Positions 12,876 through 26,228 of a DNA stretch of 64,000 bases are shown here, piece by piece. Source of the stretch: Catajapyx aquilonaris. Taxonomy: Eukaryota. The stretch is taken from the NCBI GenBank assembly GCA_000934665.2, contig KZ538242.1, positions 1 through 64,000 on the forward strand. Direction: 5' to 3'. Made by a program: the position numbers and the translations under genes. Position 1 is the stretch's first letter, and every line of letters starts with the position of its first letter. Under the pieces are notes generated by a model that was given only the letters and a program-made list of their open reading frames with translations, did no database searches and was not told the DNA's origin.

Positions 12876-13958
12876 GGGAGCTGGACCCGACACCTGGAAG
12901 CAGAGACAGCCAAAAACATGAGTGAAATTGCTGCCCTTGTCGGCAATGTTCATTCAGAAGATGGACGCTCAGGAGGTGTGGCGCATTCTTTAATGTCCCA
13001 CGTGCATGTTAGAAGGGAGGCAGGCTAATTGGATTTAAAACCATGCATTAATATGTGCCAATAGCAGTGTTATTAATTAACCTTTTAATAAGATTCATAA
13101 AATTTGCTAAGCAGCAGCTTTGGCAAAAGTTGGGAAGTGTCATTAGAACCAAGCAGGAATAAACTGTCAGAGGTGGTCAGAGTAGTTTAGGGTTAATCAG
13201 TGGAGTCAAACTGGATGCTCCTAACTGATCCGCATTTTGTGCCATCTGAATCAGCCATTTATATGTGTGACCTTCCAGGTGGAGCAGCTTCCTCACCTTC
13301 TGCAACTTGGGAAAACACTGATTCCATCAAACTTGAGGAGATTCCATTAGAGGCAAGTGTTTCACACTATAATTTAGCACCTTGCCCTTGGAATGGTGCT
13401 TTGGAAATGGTGAAAGGAAAGGAGATGCCAGGAAAGAAATGGTACCAGTGTGATCTGTGCTCATATAAGACTCAAGACAGATCAAACTTCAGCAGGCATA
13501 AAATTGATCACAGGAGTGATGGAAAGCCTTTCGGTTGCACTGGTTGCGACAAGAGATTTATGACGAACCAACGCTTGCAGTTGCATTACCAGGGAGTCCA
13601 TCTTGGTATTAAGCATTATTCTTGTGAAGTGTGTGATACGAAATTTTGTGATAAGTGGATATTGGAGGACCACAAGATGATCCACACTGGCAAGAAGCAG
13701 CATTCATGTCAAGTGTGCAACAAATCTTTTACTCTACCTAAACATTTGAATTATCACATGAAACTTCACACCGGGGAAAGAGAGCTACACCCTTGCTCCA
13801 TTTGCGGCAAAGAGTTCGTATGCAAATCTCAATTGGTTATTCATATGAGGATTCACACTGGCGAGAAGCCGTATTGTTGTGACATATGCCAGAGAAAATT
13901 TGCTCAAAGTTCCAGTTTAATTGATCACAAGACAACCCACATAGGAGCAAGGTCGTAG
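12876..13958 (+). CDS. Headless C2H2 ZNF cassette; exons ~12876-12975 and 13279-13958, preceded by a partial exon 2 at ~12230-12324
   Basis: ORF 13200-13958 has six intact fingers. There is no promoter block or exon 1 between 12058 and 12230. Confidence 0.75.
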
Positions 13959-14694
13959 AGGTGCACCATGTCTGATGAAACATTTGCTGCATTACCAATA
14001 ATAAAATGCCACATGTCAACCGTAGGATTAATTGCTGTTGTGTGAATACTGAAGTATATCTGTCATTTTCTGATTGGTTTTTCCAGCTAATATTTGTGGG
14101 AGAATTATTACCCATTAGGTTGTAAATTTTTTTCCAGTTCACATGAAGACCTTTGTTGTTCCTGCCATGCATGCATATACACACAGGGAAGTTTCAGGTA
14201 CTTATTTTTCATCTGTGTGCAATCAAGTTTCAAAGTGAGTGGTCAGAGAGAGTGTCTCGCAAATGGTTGAATTAAAAGTCGTAACCACAACTGATTGGCA
14301 ACATTCATATGAGAATATCAATCTCAATTAAAGAAATATTGCAATAAAAGAATGTATAGATCAGAGTGTCAGGTGTCCATATGTAACGCACTTGGTTGTT
14401 AATGAACATTAACAAAAATCCAAAATATTTAATATTTTTTGTCATGTTTCCAAGACTGGCATAAAAACACCGGTCAGAAGGCGCCATAAGAACTGTTTTA
14501 CAAGCAGCGATAGGAACACGCCCTATTCAACTCAATCCAAGATGGCGGCCCTCTCTTTCCTTTAAGAAGTCTGTTCCTCTAAAGATTTCCTTCCATTTCC
14601 GCCTCCTTTGGACCCCTTCCTTCCATTTTTCGACTCGCTTCTGGTTCAGCATCGTCTGGACCATCATCTGAGGACTCTTAGAGGTGCACAAGCC

Positions 14695-17600
14695 ATGTCT
14701 CCAGTCACCCTGGAGTCTCTGATGGAAGTCTCTCTAGGCAACAGGAGGCTTCTGGAAGGATTGATGTCACGAATGGACTGGTGTCAGGAGGCCATCTGGA
14801 AGATGGAGGGGTGGATAGCTGGAAGAAGAGGTGATCGGGAAGGAGAGGGTAAAAAGCAAAGTCTTAACATTTCCTGTGGTCATTCTGAACCATTGTGTAA
14901 GGGTGTGGATCGGATACTAATGCGTCTTGCATTCCAGAAGATGCTTCAGGCCAGTCCCTTCCCACCGAGTCTGTTTCTGTCAACACTGGAGATGAACGCA
15001 GGGAGTCATTGCCTGTGTGTGACATTGCAACAGAAATGAAAGTGGACGACGAGGATTGGGAAGCGCAGCAGGTGAGGACAGGGATTCAGAATCAGGTGCT
15101 GATAGAATCTGGCAGTGAAGTGTTAATACAATTCAAAATCCAACAATACATTTTGGAATCAGATATTTTATTGTTGATTTTTGTGGCTGACCACCACCAT
15201 GTTTAAAGAGCAATAACTGGATTATTGCCTTAAAAAAGTATGATAAATTGGCACAGGAAAATAAAAACTTGAGACATTCATTCAATGATTTTTGCTGCAT
15301 TGATTCATGGGCGTCATGTGTGTAACATAATGTATCACAGGTCATGTGACAGCTTATTGGGACACATGATAGGAAGCTCAGTTTGCAATATGTGGCTGAG
15401 AGAGTTAATGAGAGTTGACGGGGAAAAAATGAAGTCCCAATAACTTTGGTAGCAAATTGAATAAAATACGGCCTACCTTTGTTAGGGGAGCTGGAACGGA
15501 GACTTCGTAGCAGAGACAACCAGAAACATCAATGAAATTGCTGCACTTGTTGGCAATGTTGATTCAGAAGCTTCCTCACTTGATGTTCCAGTCATTGTAG
15601 AAGTTCATTCCTGTGGGAATCAAGAATCGCCCTTGCTTCAAGAGCCAATGTTGCAGCAGGAGTTGGGTACAGAGAGAGAGTCATGGAGACAGGTATGGTT
15701 ATTACTTGATTACTTGAGAAGATGGAAGCCAAAAGTGCCTGCTTCAACTAATCTTATTCCGAGAAAATGCCACTTATTGCTGGTTTCCATTTGTATAGAG
15801 CTGCGAATGTGATTCCCAGATTTCCTCCTCTTCTTATGGTACCAAGGCAACTCATATTGAGATTATTGATCCAGATCTTCGACTCATTAGGTGCACTTGT
15901 ACTTGAAGATTTTCAAGGCAGTACCAGTTCAATAGCAACAAAAAAAAAAATGAATAGATTTTACCAATTTCCATTTACCTGTCATTTTATATTTCAGGCG
16001 TCCACTTCTGCAATCTTGGAGAACGAGTTTGTCAGTGTCGAGGAGATTCCTTCAGAGGCAAGTGATTCACATTATAATAATTTATTTAGCGCATGGCCCA
16101 TGTAAAAGAGTAAGCATGAAGAAGCAATTTGCTGCTACAAGTCATGTGATTAGAACTGATGAGAACAAAAGCAGGAATTGATTGACATGCTGGCTTATTG
16201 AACATTGCAGGTTGATGAAACAGAAAAGACTGAAATTAGTGACCTGATCTTGCCTGTGAATGACCCCAGCAATGGAAGTGCCCCATCTGCTCTCTCAGAT
16301 GGTGATCCTGGTTGTGGCTCAAGTCTGGGGAAAAAACAACACCGAAAAAGAAGGGTATGTTCGTCTGAGTGTTAGGGGAAGCAGGGCCACACCTTATTGC
16401 TGGAGAAGCAGGTTTTGTTGCCAGATGAATTCAACGGAACTTAACATGAATCATAAAGGCCATTTCACAAAAAAATGTCGCTCGGTAAACGGCGCGCATT
16501 GAGGCAAATTTATTATTTATATTTATTATTGCCAACAATAGGCAACAATAAATATAAATAAGAAATTTGCCGCAACGCGTGCCGTTTGCTGCGCGACATT
16601 TTTTTGTGAAATGGCCTTAACATGAACATCACTGGTGCAACTGAAACTGACATATACGTATGAAAGGCAAGTCTTTCTCTACTTTTCCACAAAATCACCA
16701 TATGTATTGATGTGCGCCACAGGGACACGAAATTTTTCATGCCACTTCTGAAGAAATCATCAGGGTGGATGGCCTGACCAGCCAGGTGCTTCTTCTGAGG
16801 TTCAAACAGATGATAATTATCAATTGGGCCCGAGTCATGTGGCCAAATCATGAGGGTGCTGCAGAAAATGCCACGACTGTGTCGAAAAGTAGAGAAACTC
16901 TTACCCTTTCATACGTGTATGTCAGCTTCAGTTTCTGTGGTGAATCTTTGGAGTCGAAAAAGTTGTGCATTACTTTTTGATTCACCCTCCTATTAAATCT
17001 TTGGTAGAATTGGTTTCTACCTCTGTTTTAAGAAAGGCAACAGATTCCTCAATCCACTGTCCTTAATCACAACAACTTGAGATCAATCTAAAACTTGGAA
17101 GGCTCATTCCCACTCGCATTACTTTTGAATTACCTGTAGCGCAAGCAACTACTGCAGCCAACTGAAACAGATAGTCCAAATGACATCGATGTCTTCTCTG
17201 CTGAGCACCATGGGACTTCTGGTGCTTTGCAAATGGTGAAGGGAAAGAAGGTGCGAGGAAAGAAATGGCATCAGTGTGATCTATGCTCATATAAGACGAA
17301 AAACAGTGAGTCATTCAAAAGCCATAAAATTGTTCACAGAAGTGGTGAAAAGCCTTTTGGTTGCTCTGGTTGCGAAAAACGATATATGTCAAATAACTCC
17401 TTGCAATCGCATTATGAGGTTGTCCACCTTGGTGTTGCCCCTTTTTCTTGTGAAGTGTGCAATAAGAAGTTTAGTGCGAGGAAGAATTTTGAGGAACATA
17501 AGATGACCCACACTGCCAAGCAGCAGCATTCGTGTCAAGTGTGCAAAAAATCATATTCTCTAGCTAGACATTTGAAGTATCACATGCAAATTCACACCGG

Positions 17601-17784
17601 GGAAAGAGAGCTACACCCTTGCTCCATTTGTGGCAAAGGGTTTGTGCGCAGATACGACTTCATTATTCATATGAGGACTCACACTGGTGAGAAGCCGTAT
17701 TGTTGTGACATTTGCCAGATGAAGTTTGCTCAACGTGGTACCTTAACTCATCACAAGAGAACCCACAGAGGAGCACGGTCATAG
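14695..17784 (+). CDS. Complete head + six-finger ZNF gene; exons 14695-14848, 14902-15071, 15486-15692, 15998-16057, 16211-16354, 17140-17784
   Basis: All exons are open and phase-compatible. Intron 1 is 53 nt, and there is a GC donor at 16058. Confidence 0.87.
16457..16617. mobile_element. Palindromic MITE, Harbinger-like
   Basis: TIR aggccatttcacaaaaaaatgtcgc with TAA duplication. The empty site catgaatcttaacatgaac is at ~52410. Confidence 0.85.
16640..16993 (-). mobile_element. Decayed mariner element with a transposase C-terminal remnant
   Basis: The minus-strand peptide WPHDSGPIDNYHLFEPQKKHLAG..FFRSGMKNFVSLW resembles the mariner YSPDLAPSDYHLF region. TIR tgcattactttttgattcaccctc. Confidence 0.65.
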
Positions 17785-18980
17785 TGTTCTGCCTTACCTG
17801 TTTGAAAACACCACATGTTAATGCACATTGGTGTAAAGTCATTTCAGTGGAACTTGTGTCAGAATATGCATTTATGCAGATCATACCTGAACAAACATGT
17901 AAAAGTCATTCCCCATGGAAGACATGAAGTTGCATGATTTGTATTTCACTATGCAAGATTAAGCAGTCCCTTTGTGTTCATGAGATCTATTCATATATTT
18001 CATACTATTTTGTTATGTGATTTACTCACACCCATATTAACCATGTTGCTGTTGTCAGCTGGGATTGAAAAGTGCAAAAAAAAAAGGACAATGATGGTAA
18101 GAATGTTCCTGATTGACATGTGAACAATTCCTACGTATTAGTTTTTAGTTTTGAAACTACATAATTAACATGCCTTACATATGCACTTGCCTTACAGTGA
18201 AACCATCCCTTACCTCCTGCAAGTCATGTATTAAAATCGTACACAACCATGTATACTGTACTATTAACCGCAAAAGTATGTCGCACTGTTATGTGATGCC
18301 GTCCGTGACATTTTGTTTATCCGCCTCCCTCAGGGGGTGCTGCCAGGTGCGACGTTACTTTTGTGGTTAATAGTACATGACTGGCTGGCAGGGGGGGGGG
18401 GGGGGNGGGGGGGGGAAGTGTATTTTTATTGCAGTGTAAGCTTGCTAGAGGATAATTGTCTCATGCAAGGTGTGGTAAAGACAAGTGCCTTCTTTTCATA
18501 CTGTTAGTGTGGAATTCACTGCTAAATATTAAATATTTTGTGGAGTGATCTCAGTGGATTGGGGCCATTTTAGTGCCTTCCACTTTTCAGGGAAAAGAGA
18601 CTGTGACTATTTATTTGGAAATAAATTGCGGTTGTGTGAATACGGATATTGTTTTCGATATAGAAGAAGAAAGAAGAATAATGAGATAATAAAATCCAAA
18701 TTATTTAATATTTTTGTCATGTTTCCAAGACTGGCATAAAAACACCGGTCAGAAGGCGCCATAAGAACTGTTTTTCACACAGCGATAGGAACACGCCCTC
18801 TTCAACCCAATCCAAGATGGCGACCGTCTCTTTCCGTTAAGAAGACTCTTCCTCTGAAGCATTTCCTTCCATTTCCGCCTCCTTTGGTGTCCTGCCTTCC
18901 CTTTTTCAACTCGATTCTGATCCAGCATCATCTGGACCATATCATCTGAACATCTGAGGACTCTTAGAGGTGCACAAGCC

Positions 18981-21717
18981 ATGTCTCCAGTCACCCTGGA
19001 GTCTCTGATGGAAGTGTCTCTAGGCAACAGGAGGCTTCTGGAAGGGTTGATGTCACGAATGGGCTGGTGCCAGGAGGCCATCGGGAGGGTGGAGGGGTGG
19101 ATGAAGAAGGAGAAGCGTGGAAGGGAAGGTACGCATGAAGCATGAACAAGTGTGCGCATCGGATATCAATGCATCTTGCATTCCAGAAGTTGCTTCAGGC
19201 CAGTCCCTTCCCACCGAGTTTGTGTCTATCAACATTGAAGATGCAGGCAGCGAGTCAATTCCTGCGTGTAAGATTGAAGAGGACATAAAAGTGGAGGAAG
19301 AGGAATGGGGATCGGAGGAGGTGAAGTCAGGGGGATGAAGGAACCAGTGCTGACAGACTGAAAATTATAAGTAACTTTGTTAGTCAAATTAATAAAATTT
19401 TGCTCTTATTTTTCAGGGCAGATGTTACAGAGACTTGGAAGCAGAGACAGCCAAAACCTTCAGTGAAATTGCTGCCCTTGTCGGCAATGCTGATTCAGAG
19501 GATGGACATTCAGCAGGTAGGACACATACTTTGGGGTGCACGATGGCACGCTGGATGGCAAGGCTGTCGACTGCATTGCAACGCTTCAATTGCTGCAAAA
19601 GGCAAAGGCCATGGTCATATACTAGCCTGTGTGACTCCATCTAGCCACCTGAACCAGGTTTAAAGCACCCTCGAGGGTGGTCTGGGTTAGGACGCGTGTT
19701 AAACCTGTCATGGCACGCGGAATCCCAGTTTAAACCGTGATCTAATTGAGCTGCGGTTTAAACTCCTTCGCAATCCACATGTCTCACATGCATGTTAAAA
19801 GGGATATAGGCCCACTGGAATTGAAACCACACATTAACAAGTGCTAATTACAGTCTTCAAGTTTCATATTTTGTGGAAGATGAACGTTGTCCTCGAGTTG
19901 GGAAGTTTCATTTCAGAAGGAATATACTGTCAGAGGTGGTCAGAGCAGTTCAAAGTTAATCAGTGGACCCCCTTTTGGAGTCAAACTGGATATGCTTAAA
20001 ACTGACCACATTTGTGTGTCATCTGACTAAGCAATTTTATTGTATTTACTTGCAGGTGGAGAAGATTCCTCACCTGATCTTCCAGTCAATGAAGAAGTGA
20101 ATTCATATGGGACTCAAGATCTTCAAGAGTGGACATTGAAGCAGGAGACTAGCACGGAGAGTGAGTCATGGCCCCAGGTATGGTCATTTCTTGTTTACTT
20201 GAGGAAGTGGAAGCCAAAAGCGGCCCTCTTCACCTAATCTTATTCCGAGGAAACGCAACTCTTCAGTTTCAATTTGTATAGCTGCAAATGCGATTCTTGG
20301 ATTGCCTCCTATTGTCATGGTACAATGACGACAAATTTCAACCCAGGTTTTGACTCTAAAAGTCATCTGTTGCATTAGTGCCAACTTATTCTTATGGGAA
20401 TGTACACTAAATGTAGTGAAACAGTCAGCAGCTTGATTGTTATATCTTGGCTTTTGATGAAATCACTACTTTTGTCTGTTATCTGTCAGTTGATGACAAG
20501 TAAATTATGGGCACTGCATGTCTGATTATGTTATTACGAATCTCCATTTATCTGGAATTATTCTTCAGGCCTCCACTTCTGCAACCTGCGGGAACACTGG
20601 GACCATCAAAGTTGAGGAGATTCCATTAGAGGCAAGTGTTTCACAGCATAATTAAGCACCTTGCCCTTGTAAGATAGTAAATACTCGTGTTGATTCACTA
20701 ATATTCTTATTGAATATTGCAGGTTGATGAAATGGCAAATGAGGAAGCCAGTGACCTGACCTTGCCTGTGAATGACTCCAGCGATGAACATGACCCATCT
20801 GCTCCATCGCTTGATGATCCTCTTCGTGGCTCAAGTCTGGAAAATAACCAAAGGCGACAAGGGAAGGTGCGCGTCTCATAGTGTTAAGCGAATCAAGGCC
20901 TAACCTAATTGCTGGACAAGAAGGGTTTTATCCCAATTAATCCCACACCTGCTCTGGTATTAAGCCCAATCATAGCCATTTTAGATTCTCCCTCGTATTA
21001 AAACTATGGGAGTTGGTTTACATCTTGGTTTTAAGAAAGGACACAGATTGCTCATGCCAACCTTCGTTACTTTTGAATCCTTTATAGCGCAACCCACTAA
21101 TGCAGCCAACTGAAACAGATAGTCCGAATGACACTGATGGCTTCTCTACTGAGCACCAGGGCAGTTCTGGTACTTCGGATACAGTGAAAGGGCGGGACCC
21201 AGGAAAGAAATGGCATCAGTGTGCTCCATGCTCATATAAGACTCGAGACAAAAGCAACTTCAGCAGGCATAAAATTGTTCACAGAAGTGATGAAAAGCCT
21301 TTTGGTTGCACTCGTTGCGAAACGAGATTTACAACAAACCACGACATGCAGTTGCATTATCAGGCTGTCCATCTTCGTGTGGTGCCTTTCTCTTGTGACA
21401 TGTGTGATAGGAAGTTTTATAGGAGGAGGAATTTGGAGCAGCACAAGGTGACCCACACTGTCAAGCAGCAGCATTCATGTGAAGTGTGCAAGAAATCATT
21501 CAAGCTACCTAAACATTTGAATTACCACATGAAACTTCACACTGGGGAAAGACAGTTACCCTCTTGCCCCCATTGCGGCAAAGGGTTCGGATGCAAATCT
21601 GACTTGGTTGCACATATGACAGTCCACACTGGTGAGAAGCCGTATTGTTGTGACATATGCCAGAGGAAGTATACTCATCGGTCCAGCTTAAATAATCACA
21701 AGGGAGCATGGTCGTAG
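18981..21717 (+). CDS. Head + ZNF gene (7-exon type); sixth finger truncated; needs a 22-nt intron (19129-19150) to stay in frame
   Basis: The head, linker exons (~19151-19320, 19417-19516, 20056-20177, 20569-20631, 20723-20866) and finger exon 21088-21717 are all present. The last finger ends HKGAWS* and lacks its second His. Confidence 0.7.
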
Positions 21718-22225
21718 AGGTGCACCATGTCTGTATGAAACATTTGCTGCAAATGGTCTTGCAAATGTCTCACAAATGGTTGAATTAAAAGTCGTAACCA
21801 CAACTGATTGGCAACATTCATATGAAAATATCAATCTTAATTAAAAAAAATATTGCAATAAAAGAATGTATAGATCAGAGTGTCATGTGTCCATATGTAA
21901 CGCACTTGGTTGTTAATGAACATTAACAAAAATCCAAATTATTTAATATATTTGTAATGTTTCCAAGACTGGCATAAAAACACCGGTCAGAAGGCACCAT
22001 GAGAACTGTTTTTTACACAGCGATAGGAACACGCCACATGGAATCCAATCCAAGATGGCGACCGTCTCTTTCCTTTAAGAAGTCTGTTCCTCTGAAGCAT
22101 TTTCCTTCCATTTCCGCCTCCTTTGGACCCCCTTCCTTCAGATCCAACTCCAGGATTTGACTGGCATCGTCTGGTCTTCCCTTGCCGACAACAGAATGCG
22201 GACTGCGGACTCTAGGGTTGAAGCA

Positions 22226-25200
22226 ATGGCTGCTCCAGTCACCCTGGAGTCTCTGATGGAAGTGTCTCTAGGCAACAGGAGGCTTCTGGAAGGATTGATG
22301 TCACGAATGGACTGGTGCCAGGAGGCCATAGGGAGGGTGGAGGGGTGGATGAAGAAGGAGAAGCGTGGAAGGGAAGGTACGCATGAAGGAGGAACAAGGG
22401 TGCGCATCGGATAACAATGCGTCTTGCATTCCAGAAGATGCTTCAGGCCAGTCCCTTCCCACCGAGTTTGTTTCTATGGACACTGGAGATGAAAGCAGGA
22501 AGTCAATGCGTGCGTATAACCCTGAAAAGGAAATAAAAGTGGAGGAAGAGGACTGGGGATCGGAGGAGGTGAGGTCAGGGGGATGAAAGAACCGGTGCTG
22601 ATAGACTGAAAATTATGTTACTTTGTTACTCAAATTAATAAAATTTCGTTCTTATTTTTTAGGGCAGATGTTACAGAGACTTGGATGAAGCAGAGACAGC
22701 CAAAAACTTCAGTGAAATTGCTGCCCTTGTCGGAAATGCTGATTCAGAAGATGGACGCTCAGGAGGTACGGCACATGCTTTAGGATGGATTGCGAAGACG
22801 CAGTTTAAAACAGGTTCCATTGGACCAGGTTTAGGCCGTGTCCTGAACTCCCTTGCGGAGACGGGATTCAGACAGGGTTTAGCGAGATTGCGGCTCAGCA
22901 ATGTTGTCAGTTTGGCAACAACGCTTTTCTCTCTGGAGAGAAGGGCTCCGGTGAGTGATTTTATGTCTTGTGTAGTCATGCATGGGGGACTGGACGGCCA
23001 AACTTCACACAGGCGGACAAGTCCACGTCAAAGTAAATAGAATGAGAAGAGGTATCGAATTTAGAAGCCTCAACAAGGAACTCGCTGCGGGAGAGTGACC
23101 TCACCCGGATCGCAAAATCCGGCACTTATTTATAAAAACAAGTGCTCTGCATGAGTAAGCGGGCATTGTGCAACCCCACCTCCGTTTGGAATTTGATAAG
23201 CTTGGCTCTTCTTTTTGCAAGCTCCTTGCTCATCCGCTGCACAACCCAAAAATCTGTTCCTTCATGCATATGAAACATGTCGGCAGTGACTAACTTATGT
23301 GAATGGTGTTTTGTGAAAGGTCATGAATCGGAGTGTTAGGAGGAATAGCACTGGTAGTCCTAGGCCTCGTATATCAGCAAGTTCCATGTCGGGAGACGTG
23401 TGGCACACTAGCCATGCAACACAGACCTGTTTTCAAAATCGGAGGCGTCTCCAAAAATCATTGTCGCATCCCTACTCGATTGGGGTTAGACATAATCTGT
23501 AGCACATACGTTGTAGTGCACGATGGCAGGATAGTTGACAGCGTTGCGCTTCAATTGCTGACGATGAACGTTGTCCTCGAAGTTGGGAAGTTTCATTTCA
23601 GCAGGAATATACTGTCGGAGGTGGTCAGAGCAGTTCAAGGTTAATCAGTGGACCCCCTTTTGGAGTCAAACTGGATATGCTTAAAACTGACCACATTTGT
23701 GCGCCATCTGACTTAGCAACTTTATTGTATTTACTTGCAGATGGAGAGGATTCCTCACCTGATCTTGCAGTCAATGAAGAAGTTAATTCATATGGGACTC
23801 AAGAGCTTCAAGAGTGGACATTGAAGCAGGAGACTGCCACGGAGAGTGAGTCATGGCCCCAGGTATGGCCATTTCTTGTTTACTTGAGGAAGTGGAAGCC
23901 AAGAGCGGCCCTCTTCACCTAATCTTATTCAGAGGAAACGCAACTCTTCAGTTTCAATTTGTATAGCTGCAAATGCAATTCTTGGATTTCCTCCTATTGT
24001 CATGGTACAATGACGACAAATTTCAACCCAGGGTTTGACTCTAAAAGTCATCTGTTGCATTAGTGCCAACTTATTCTTATGGGAATGTACACTAAATGTA
24101 GTGAAACAGGCAGCAGCTTGATTGTTACATCTTGGCTTTAATCACTACTTTGGCAGTTATCTGTCTGTTGATGACAAGTAAATTATGGGCACTGCATGTC
24201 TGATTATGTTATTACGAATCTCCATTTATCTGGGATTATTCTTCAGGCCTCTACTTCTGCAACCTGGGGTAAGACTGGGACCGTCAAAGTTGAGGCGATT
24301 CCATTAGAGGCAAGTGTTTCACAGCGTCATTAAGCACCTTTCCCTTGTAAGATAGTAAATACTTGTGTAGTGGACCCGTTGCCAACTTTTGGCAACACGG
24401 CTTTCCCCCCCTCCCCGGGAAGTGGTTTTCGTGGTTTTTTAGAACCTTAAATCCGTTCTTTAGCTATTAGTGTTGAGGGACATATAAGCAGAAGGACAGA
24501 ATTATGGAATTAGTAGTACGATGAGAAATCTGTTTGCTGTAAGTGATGTGATTAGAACTGATGAGAACATGAGCAGGAATTGATTCACTAATATTCTTAT
24601 TGAATATTGCAGGTTGATGAAATGGCAAATGAGGAAGCCAGTGACGTGACCTTGCCTGTGAATGACTCCAGCGATGAACATGACCCATCTGCTCCATCGC
24701 TTGATGATCCCAATGACACTGATGGCTTCTTTCCTGAGCACCAGGAGACTTCTGGTGCTTTGGAAATGGTGAAAGGAAAGGAGATGCCAAGACGGAAATG
24801 GCATCAGTGTGATCAATGCTCATATAAGACTCAAGACAAAAGTAACTTCAGCAGGCATAAAATTGTTCACAGAAGTGATGAAAAGCCTTTTGGTTGCACT
24901 GGTTGCGACAAGAGATTTACGACAAACCACTACATGCAGTTGCATTATCAAGCTGTCCATCTTGGCGTGATGCCTTTCTCTTGTGACGTGTGTGATAGGA
25001 AGTTTAATAGGAAGTGGAATTTGGAGGAGCACAAGATGACCCACACTGGCAGGAAGCAGCATTCATGTGAAGTGTGCAAAAAATCATATTCTCTAGGTCA
25101 ACATTTGAAGTATCACATGAAACTTCACACCGGGGAAAGAGAGTTGCACTCTTGTACCATCTGTGGCAGAGGGTTCGGGTACAAATCTCACTTGGTTGAT

Positions 25201-25317
25201 CATATGAGGATTCATACTGGCGAGAAGCCGTACTGTTGCGACATATGCCAGAGGAAGTATACTCATCGTTCCGGCTTAAATAATCACAAGAAAACGCACA
25301 AAGGAGCAAGGTCGTAG
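22226..25317 (+). CDS. Head (MAAPVTLESL variant) + six-finger ZNF gene; last two exons fused (24613-25317); 22-nt intron 22377-22398 required
   Basis: ORFs 22157-22414, 22365-22586, 22681-, 23677- and 24607-25317 match the family exons. Confidence 0.75.
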
Positions 25318-25808
25318 AGTTGCGCCATGTCTGATCAAACCTTTGCTGCATTACCAATCATAAAACGCCACATGTCAACCGTAGGATTAATTATTGCTGT
25401 TGTGTGAATACTGAAATACTGTATATCTTGAGTTCTGTCATTTTCTGATTCATTTTCCCAGCTAATATTTGTTGGATAATTATTACCGTTTGGTTGCAAT
25501 TTTTGTGTGTTAATGAACATTAACTAATACATTCTACTGAATATTTTGGTCATGTTTCCAACACTGACGAAAACACCGGTCAGAAGGCACCTTCCAAACT
25601 GTTTTACAAGCAGCGATAGGAACACGCCCTTTTAAACCCAATCCAAGATGGCGACCGTCTCTTTCCGTTAAGAAGTCTGTTCCTTTGAAGATTTCCTTCC
25701 ATTTCCGCCTCCTTTGGACCCCCTTCCTTCCCTTTTTCGACTCGCTTCTGGTCCAGCATCATCTGGACCATCATCCGAACACCTGAGGACTCCAGAGGTG
25801 CACAAGCC

Positions 25809-26228
25809 ATGTCTCCAGTCACCCTGGAGTCTCTGATGGAAGTGTCTCTAGGCAACAGGAGGCTTCTGGAAGGGTTGATGTCACGAATGGACTGGTGCCA
25901 GGAGGCCATCGGGAGGGTGGAGGGGTGGATGAAGAAGGAGAAGCGTGGAAGGGAAGGTACGCATGAAGGAGGAACAAGGGCGTGTGCATTGGATATCAAT
26001 GCGTCTTGCATTCCAGAAGATGCTTCAGGCCAGTCCCTTCCCACCGACTCCGTTTCTGTGGACACTGGAGACGCAAGAAGCGAGTCAATTCCTGCGTGTA
26101 AGATTGAAGAGGACATAAAAGTGGAGGAAAAGGATTGGGAGTCTGAGAAGGTGAGGACAGGAACAAAGGAGAATGAGACGGGTACTGAGAATGAGGTATG
26201 GAGCCAGGTATGGTCATTAGTTGATTGA
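25809..26228 (+). CDS. Finger-less 'head-only' paralog (head + exon 2 + end of exon 4 fused); finger exon deleted
   Basis: This is an open 139-aa ORF. At ~27060-27110, last-intron sequence (ggccacagattgct) joins directly to 3'UTR sequence homologous to 44185-44500. Confidence 0.65.
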   Translation: MSPVTLESLMEVSLGNRRLLEGLMSRMDWCQEAIGRVEGWMKKEKRGREGTHEGGTRACALDINASCIPEDASGQSLPTDSVSVDTGDARSESIPACKIEEDIKVEEKDWESEKVRTGTKENETGTENEVWSQVWSLVD

